Origin: Candidatus Eiseniibacteriota bacterium
GTDB taxonomy: Bacteria > Desulfobacterota > Binatia > DP-6
DNA: 64,000 bases
Direction of reading: 5' to 3'
NCBI GenBank assembly: GCA_035577985.1
Contig: DATJZY010000025.1
Span: 66,229 to 130,228, forward strand
Positions within the stretch are counted from its first letter, which is position 1. Each line of letters opens with the position of its first letter. Below, one piece after another: positions 58,843 to 64,000 of the stretch. The position numbers were made by a program, and so were the translations under genes. The notes under the pieces are model-generated. The model worked only from the letters and a program-made list of their open reading frames with translations, had not been told where the DNA came from and did not search any database.

Positions 58843-60795
58843 CTATTCTGGAAGATCTGCTGCGACGATCGCGTTCCGTACGGGCCCGCCCATGAGCGCG
58901 GCCGAGAAGACCACGGCGCCGCCTGCCGCAGAGACTCGCGGATCGGTCTCGACGTTGCGCGTATCGAAGCGGACCGTCCCGAGGGATGTGGCATCACCCT
59001 CCTGCAGGAGCGGCACCGCCGAGTCGGGATGCGCCTCGAAGAGCGCCATCATGCGGGTGGCGGGGTCTTCGGCGAGAAAGAGCGCCCGGCCATCGGTGAG
59101 TTCGACCGAAGACGGCTCGACGGGAACCAGGCGTCCGTCCGGACCGACAACCGTCGTCGACAAGAGCGTGCTCTGGGCGCGCCGTCTCACGACGAGGTCC
59201 GACGTTGGTCTATTCGCCGCTAGCGCGGCGTAGAGGATCGCCGCGCCGTCTGCCGCGACGTCGCCGAGTTCCTCGAACTTTCCGCGTCGGCCGCACGTCT
59301 CGGTTCCGGCCGTGGCGATCGGCAACAATGCCCTGCCACGAGAGACGAAGATCCCGTCGCAGTCCGCCGACTGATATGTTGCGCGGACGACTACGCGGTG
59401 ACCCGCGATATCGAGACGGACCAGGCCGGGATCTGCAAACCGCTTTCGCGCCGGCAGCTTCAACAGCTGTAGGCCCCCTCGGCGCAGCGCAACGTCTTGG
59501 CCTCGGACGTACGCGACCCCGGCCCGTCCCGCCGCCAGTTGTCCGTCGAAGGGCGCCAATGCCGTCTCGCCGTCGGCCTCGGCCGTCTCGAGGACCTTGA
59601 TCTTCCCGTTGCGCCACTGTCCGATGACGCGCGCATCGGAGTCGGTGAGCGCGACGAAGGCGACGACGCCGTCGCCGGCAGCGTGCCGCTCCACGGTCAC
59701 GACCCGTCCTGCGCTCCCGAGTACATCGCCCGGCGCGAGGAGGGACGTCGTCTCTTCGCCCGTGCGCGCGAGCAGCGCCTGCGTCGCCGTGACCACGTAC
59801 GGCGCCGTGCTCGCGGGGGCGGGCGCTGTCGGGGGGGCTGGTGCCGTCACGATCACGCCGTCCTTGGCCCAAACTTCGGCTCGGGTCCGAAGAGGACGGT
59901 GGCCGCGGAGCTCGACGAAGAGATCGAGCGATCCATCCGGCGCGAAGCCTTTCAACTCGAGGAACCTGTAGATTTGCCGCTCGCCGACCGCCGCGCCGAT
60001 GCTGGCGGCGGTCGAGATCATCCCGGTGACCGGAGACCACACGCCGGCATATGCCGAGGTGCGCCCGGCCAGAAAGCCGACGCCGAAGCTCGCGTCCAAG
60101 GCGAGGCCGAGTCGGCGAAGCCTGGACGACCGTCGTAGATCGTCGCTGAATACCGTCACCGAACCGCGCTCGGGCGACCAGTAGAAGATCCCGCCTTCTC
60201 TGCCTTCGAGCAGCCACGCAATCTCGCCGTCGTCGAGGATGGTCGGTCGCACACGCCGGATGCGCCCCCGGCGTGGGAACGTGCCGATTTGTGTCGACGC
60301 GCCGGTCGCACGCAGCCAGCTGAAGATACCGTGCGCATTCCAGTACACCAGGTCCGCACGTCCGTTGATGCCGAGCGAGACGAGTCCCAACCCGCTCGTC
60401 GCCGGCGACACGACCGCCGGGGTCACGACGTCGCCCTCGACCAGGAAGACGACGTCGGCCCCGTCGACGCTGTTGACGTTGGTGGAGACGGCGAGCACGC
60501 CGAGGGTACCGAGCACTGCCTCCCCGATCGCGTTGAGCGAGCCGTCGAGCGGCGGTGCGAGCGCATCCCCCGTCGCGAGAACCTTGCGTGTGGTGCCGTC
60601 CACCTCACGTGTGAGCGCATACCGCACGGCCCGAAACACGGTGCGCTGCTTCGAGACGGCAACCGGGTCGACGAACTCGGCCGTCGCAAACCCCGCCGGC
60701 GACGTGCCGGATTGCGCCACGATACGCAGCTCTCCCCGAGCACTCGGCGCGGTGATGGCTGCCACCAGGCTCACCGCAACGAGCGCAAGACGCAT
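58843..60795 (-). CDS. Hypothetical secreted protein (650 aa, beta-rich)
   Basis: Signal peptide MRLALVAVSLVAAITAPSARG; no family recognised. Confidence 0.5.
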   Translation of the reverse strand: MRLALVAVSLVAAITAPSARGELRIVAQSGTSPAGFATAEFVDPVAVSKQRTVFRAVRYALTREVDGTTRKVLATGDALAPPLDGSLNAIGEAVLGTLGVLAVSTNVNSVDGADVVFLVEGDVVTPAVVSPATSGLGLVSLGINGRADLVYWNAHGIFSWLRATGASTQIGTFPRRGRIRRVRPTILDDGEIAWLLEGREGGIFYWSPERGSVTVFSDDLRRSSRLRRLGLALDASFGVGFLAGRTSAYAGVWSPVTGMISTAASIGAAVGERQIYRFLELKGFAPDGSLDLFVELRGHRPLRTRAEVWAKDGVIVTAPAPPTAPAPASTAPYVVTATQALLARTGEETTSLLAPGDVLGSAGRVVTVERHAAGDGVVAFVALTDSDARVIGQWRNGKIKVLETAEADGETALAPFDGQLAAGRAGVAYVRGQDVALRRGGLQLLKLPARKRFADPGLVRLDIAGHRVVVRATYQSADCDGIFVSRGRALLPIATAGTETCGRRGKFEELGDVAADGAAILYAALAANRPTSDLVVRRRAQSTLLSTTVVGPDGRLVPVEPSSVELTDGRALFLAEDPATRMMALFEAHPDSAVPLLQEGDATSLGTVRFDTRNVETDPRVSAAGGAVVFSAALMGGPVRNAIVAADLPE

Positions 60796-60896
60796 GGTCG
60801 TAGCTGCCTCATGCATCTCGTTCGAGTCAACCTCGCCAGGTGCCTTCCGACACCCGGGCCTGGAAATCGCGCAGCAGTCGCGGTAGCTGCCGGTCC

Positions 60897-61664
60897 ATGC
60901 GTCGTTTCGACGGCAAGGTCGCGCTCGTGACCGGCGGCGGCGCCGGGATCGGCGAATCCACGGCCCGGCGCCTCGCGTCCGAGGGCGCGCGCGTCCTCGT
61001 CGTCGACGTCGACGGCGCCGAAGCCGAGCGCGTCGCGGGCGAAATCCGCGGCGGCGGTGGCGTAGCGGAGGCCATGGCGGCCGACGTCGCCGATCCGTTG
61101 GTGCCGCGAGCCATGGTTGCGAGCGCCGTGGAGCGCTTCGGTCGCCTCGACGTCCTGCACAACAACGCCGGCCACGGCACGTGGGGCAGGATCGTCGATC
61201 TGCCGGTCGAGCAATGGAACGCGACGCTGGCGCTCGACCTCACCGCGCCGTTCCTCGCGGCGAAGGCGGCGCTCCCGATCATGATCGCGCAGCGCGCCGG
61301 CGTCGTCGTCAACACGGCGTCGATCGCGGGCATGGTCGGCGAGTACGCGCTCGCCGCCTATTGCGCCGCCAAGGCGGGCCTCATCTCGCTCACGCGCTCG
61401 ATCGCGATCGAGCACGGTCGCGACGGCATCCGGGCGGTGTGCGTGTGCCCGGGTCCGATCCTGACCAAGGGCATGTCGCGCATGCCGGCCGCCCGCCTCG
61501 CCATGCTCGAGCGCGCGCAGCCGCAGGGCCGTCTCGGGACACCGGAGGAGGTCGCGAGCCTCGTCGCCTTCCTCGCCTCGGACGAGGCGTCGTTCGTCAC
61601 CGGCTCGGCCTACGTCGTCGACGGCGGCGTCACCTCGGATCGCGGGCTGCGTCTCCTCGACTGA
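60897..61664 (+). CDS. SDR-family oxidoreductase
   Basis: TGGGAGIG, NNAG, YCAAK catalytic motif; start MRRFDGKVALV. Confidence 0.85.
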   Translation: MRRFDGKVALVTGGGAGIGESTARRLASEGARVLVVDVDGAEAERVAGEIRGGGGVAEAMAADVADPLVPRAMVASAVERFGRLDVLHNNAGHGTWGRIVDLPVEQWNATLALDLTAPFLAAKAALPIMIAQRAGVVVNTASIAGMVGEYALAAYCAAKAGLISLTRSIAIEHGRDGIRAVCVCPGPILTKGMSRMPAARLAMLERAQPQGRLGTPEEVASLVAFLASDEASFVTGSAYVVDGGVTSDRGLRLLD

Positions 61665-62335
61665 ATCCGGGTGGCGGCGAGTGCGCAGAGGCGGGCCTCC
61701 TCGGGATCGGTTGCGGCCTCGAGCTCCGCCAGGCGGGCTTCGACGTACGCCCGCAGGTCGTCGTCCTCGTGGTCCGCGGGGTCGATCGGCTCCCCGAAGA
61801 TGAGTCGCATGCGGCAGAACGGCTTCGGAATCTGGAAGCGATCCCACGCGCGGGTGAGGGTCCAGTGCCGCGAGGCCAGCACCATCGTCGGCAGGATCAT
61901 GGCGCCCGTCTGCCGCGCGAGCTCGACCACGCCACGGTGGACGCGGCCACGCGGTCCCTGCGGGCCGTCGACGGCGATCAGCACCGGCACGCACTGCCGC
62001 GCCAGGTCGGACAGCTCCTCGAGCGCGACGCGCCCGCCCTTGTCCTTCCCCGATCGGGAACGGCTCGAGCCGCGCACCGCGATCACGCGTCGCACCGTGA
62101 GCAGCGGGACGAGCGCGTCGCCGTCGCCCGAGCGCGACACCATGGCCGCCATCCGCTCCTCGTCGTTCACGAACAGGGCCGAGATCTGATGGGCGTGCAG
62201 CAGCGCGTAGGCATACGGCTTGCCGGCACGACGCAGGGCGGGACGGGGATCGTTCTCGACGCCGTAGCGGCACGTCCTGCGCCAGACGAGCAGGAGGAGC
62301 GCGCAGATCCACCCCACGAGGCTACGCAGCGACAT
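61610..62335 (-). CDS. Lysophospholipid acyltransferase-like (DUF374/LPLAT superfamily) protein
   Basis: N-terminal TM helix then LLHAHQISALFVNDEE... and VLIAVDGPQGPRG (acyltransferase-like blocks); 3' end overlaps the convergent SDR gene by 55 nt. Confidence 0.5.
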   Translation of the reverse strand: MSLRSLVGWICALLLLVWRRTCRYGVENDPRPALRRAGKPYAYALLHAHQISALFVNDEERMAAMVSRSGDGDALVPLLTVRRVIAVRGSSRSRSGKDKGGRVALEELSDLARQCVPVLIAVDGPQGPRGRVHRGVVELARQTGAMILPTMVLASRHWTLTRAWDRFQIPKPFCRMRLIFGEPIDPADHEDDDLRAYVEARLAELEAATDPEEARLCALAATRIQSRRRSPRSEVTPPSTT

Positions 62336-62440
62336 TGCCGGGCCGCGAGCATAGCTCGCACGCCGCGGCGGGCAATCTGGCACTCGTCCGGGCCGGTCGA
62401 CCCCTCGACCCGGGGCCCGGATTCGTGCAGCTTCCCGGCC

Positions 62441-63325
62441 ATGCGGGCGCGAGCCAACGGGATCGACGTCGAGTACGAGGTGCTCGGGCCGCCCGCGGGG
62501 CGGCCCCTCCTCCTCATCATGGGGCTCGGCACCCAGTTGATCCATTGGGACGACGAGCTGTGCGGCCTGTTCGTCGCGCGCGGCTTCCGCGTGATCCGTT
62601 TCGACAACCGCGACGTGGGACGCTCGACCATCTTCGACGATCGCGGCAGGCCGAACGTGCTCGGCGCGATGGCCGCCGCGGTGCAGGGCCAACCGGTCGA
62701 CGCGCCCTATACGCTCTCGGACATGGCCGCCGACGCGGCGGGGCTGCTCGACGTGCTCGACGTCCGCGCCGCGCACGTCGTCGGCGCGTCGATGGGCGGC
62801 ATGATCGCGCAGACGCTCGCGATCGAGCACCCGACCCGCGTGCTCACGCTCACCTCGATCATGTCGACGACCGGCGCGCGCGATCTTCCACCCGCCGAGG
62901 CGAAGGCGATGGCGGTCATGCTCACGCCGCCGGGGCACGATCGCGAGAGCGCCGTCGCGCGTGCCGTCGAGGTCTTCCGGACGATCGGCAGCCCCGGCTT
63001 CCCGTTCGACGAGGCACGCGTCCGCGATCGGGCGGGGCGCGCCTACGATCGCGGCTTCCATCCGCAGGGCGTCGCGCGGCAACTCGTCGCGATCGTCGCC
63101 TCGGGGAGCCGGCGCGAGCGCCTGCGCGCGCTCCGCGCGCCGGCGCTCGTGATCCACGGCACGAACGATCCCCTGGTTCCACTCGCCGGCGGCGTCGACA
63201 CCGCCGACGCCATCCCGGGGGCGATGCGCCTGTTCATCGAAGGGATGGGCCACGACCTGCCGCGCGCGGTGTGGCCGCAGATCGTCGCCGCCATCACGGC
63301 GCTCGCGGACGAGCACCCCGGCTGA
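62441..63325 (+). CDS. Alpha/beta hydrolase fold protein
   Basis: PLLLIMGLGTQLIHW; nucleophile elbow GASMGG; HGTNDPLVP...GHD catalytic His region. Confidence 0.8.
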   Translation: MRARANGIDVEYEVLGPPAGRPLLLIMGLGTQLIHWDDELCGLFVARGFRVIRFDNRDVGRSTIFDDRGRPNVLGAMAAAVQGQPVDAPYTLSDMAADAAGLLDVLDVRAAHVVGASMGGMIAQTLAIEHPTRVLTLTSIMSTTGARDLPPAEAKAMAVMLTPPGHDRESAVARAVEVFRTIGSPGFPFDEARVRDRAGRAYDRGFHPQGVARQLVAIVASGSRRERLRALRAPALVIHGTNDPLVPLAGGVDTADAIPGAMRLFIEGMGHDLPRAVWPQIVAAITALADEHPG

Positions 63326-63333
63326 GCGCACGC

Positions 63334-64000
63334 GTGGCCTCTCCGCTCGACGGCCTGCGCGTCCTCGACTTCACGTGGGTCGTCGCCGGCCCCGTCACGA
63401 CCCGCATCCTCGCCGACCTCGGCGCCGACGTCGTCAAGATCGAGCGGCGCGACGCGCTCGACTTCGGCGACCGCCGCGGCGGCCTCTCGGGCGCGCTCAT
63501 GCGCGGCAAGCGGAGCGTCGTCCTGAATCTCGCCGACCCGCGCGGCATCGCGATCGCGCGCGCCCTCGCGCTCCAGGCCGACGTCGTCATCGACAACTTC
63601 AGCGCCCGCGTCATGACGAACCTCGGCCTCGACCACCAGACGCTCTCGGCCGAGAAGCCAGGCATCATCTGCGTGCGCATGACGGGCTACGGGCTCAGCG
63701 GGCCCGATCGCGACCACGTGAGCTACGGCCCGACGCTCCAGGCGCTCACCGGCTACACGCTGCTCATGGGCGAGCCGGGAAGGCCGCCCGCCGGCTTCGG
63801 GTACTCGTACTCCGATCTCGCGAGCGGGCACCTCGGGGCGCTCGCCGTGCTGGCGGCGGTCTTCCATCGTCGCCGCACCGGGCGCGGCCAGCTCGTCGAC
63901 CTGGCGCAGCAGGAGAGCGTCGCGAGCCTCGTGGGTCCGCTGCTCCTCGATCGCGCCGCCCACGGCGGTGAGAGCCGCGCGACCGCCAACGCGTCGCAGG
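63334..64000 (+). CDS. Family III CoA-transferase (CaiB/BaiF), 5' portion, runs off window
   Basis: GTG 63334; LDGLRVLDFTWVVAGPVTTRILADLGADVVKIE...MRGKRSVVLNL; open to the window edge; second CaiB-type gene in the window. Confidence 0.75.
   Translation, partial: MASPLDGLRVLDFTWVVAGPVTTRILADLGADVVKIERRDALDFGDRRGGLSGALMRGKRSVVLNLADPRGIAIARALALQADVVIDNFSARVMTNLGLDHQTLSAEKPGIICVRMTGYGLSGPDRDHVSYGPTLQALTGYTLLMGEPGRPPAGFGYSYSDLASGHLGALAVLAAVFHRRRTGRGQLVDLAQQESVASLVGPLLLDRAAHGGESRATANASQ

Overview
This is a very GC-rich window (about 70%; coding frames carry GC3 bias and the other five frames are filled with Arg/Ala-rich shadow ORFs). It is gene-dense with short overlaps (ATGA/GTGA) between adjacent genes. 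No rRNA, tRNA, CRISPR array, transposase or integrase was recognised. The gene content (sigma-54 enhancer-binding proteins with GAF sensors, many TPR and secreted beta-propeller/beta-helix proteins, a Myxococcus-type cysteine-rich repeat, ExeA/GspB) suggests a Myxococcota-like or deltaproteobacterial chromosome, possibly a metagenome-assembled genome. I support about 57 protein-coding genes. They include: (i) a tailoring cassette of two tandem O-methyltransferases, a VOC enzyme and a cupin; (ii) a thiolase plus DUF35 pair bracketed by two GAF sigma-54 activators; (iii) a perfect sigma-54 -24/-12 promoter, a GC hairpin and AlgR-like direct repeats ahead of a LytS/LytTR two-component pair, followed in the same direction by a membrane-anchored VWA protein, ExbB/TolQ, ExbD/TolR and a periplasmic TPR protein, which I propose as an undescribed TonB-like energy-transduction module; (iv) three large secreted proteins that share shuffled modules (beta-helix ending in CDIGxYE, beta-propeller repeats, Thr-rich linker, Lys-rich C-terminal tail); (v) tandem paralogous polytopic GT-C-like membrane proteins with a discoidin-like domain; (vi) an AraC/PuuD-like amidotransferase/esterase/class-III aminotransferase module next to an ExeA(GspA)-GspB-like pair; (vii) ddl with a convergent SPOR-domain DD-carboxypeptidase; (viii) a LOG-family gene divergent from ravA-viaA fused in an operon with a family-III CoA-transferase; (ix) an MFS transporter fused to a UBP-type zinc finger. 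All calls rest on motif recognition by eye. No database search was run.
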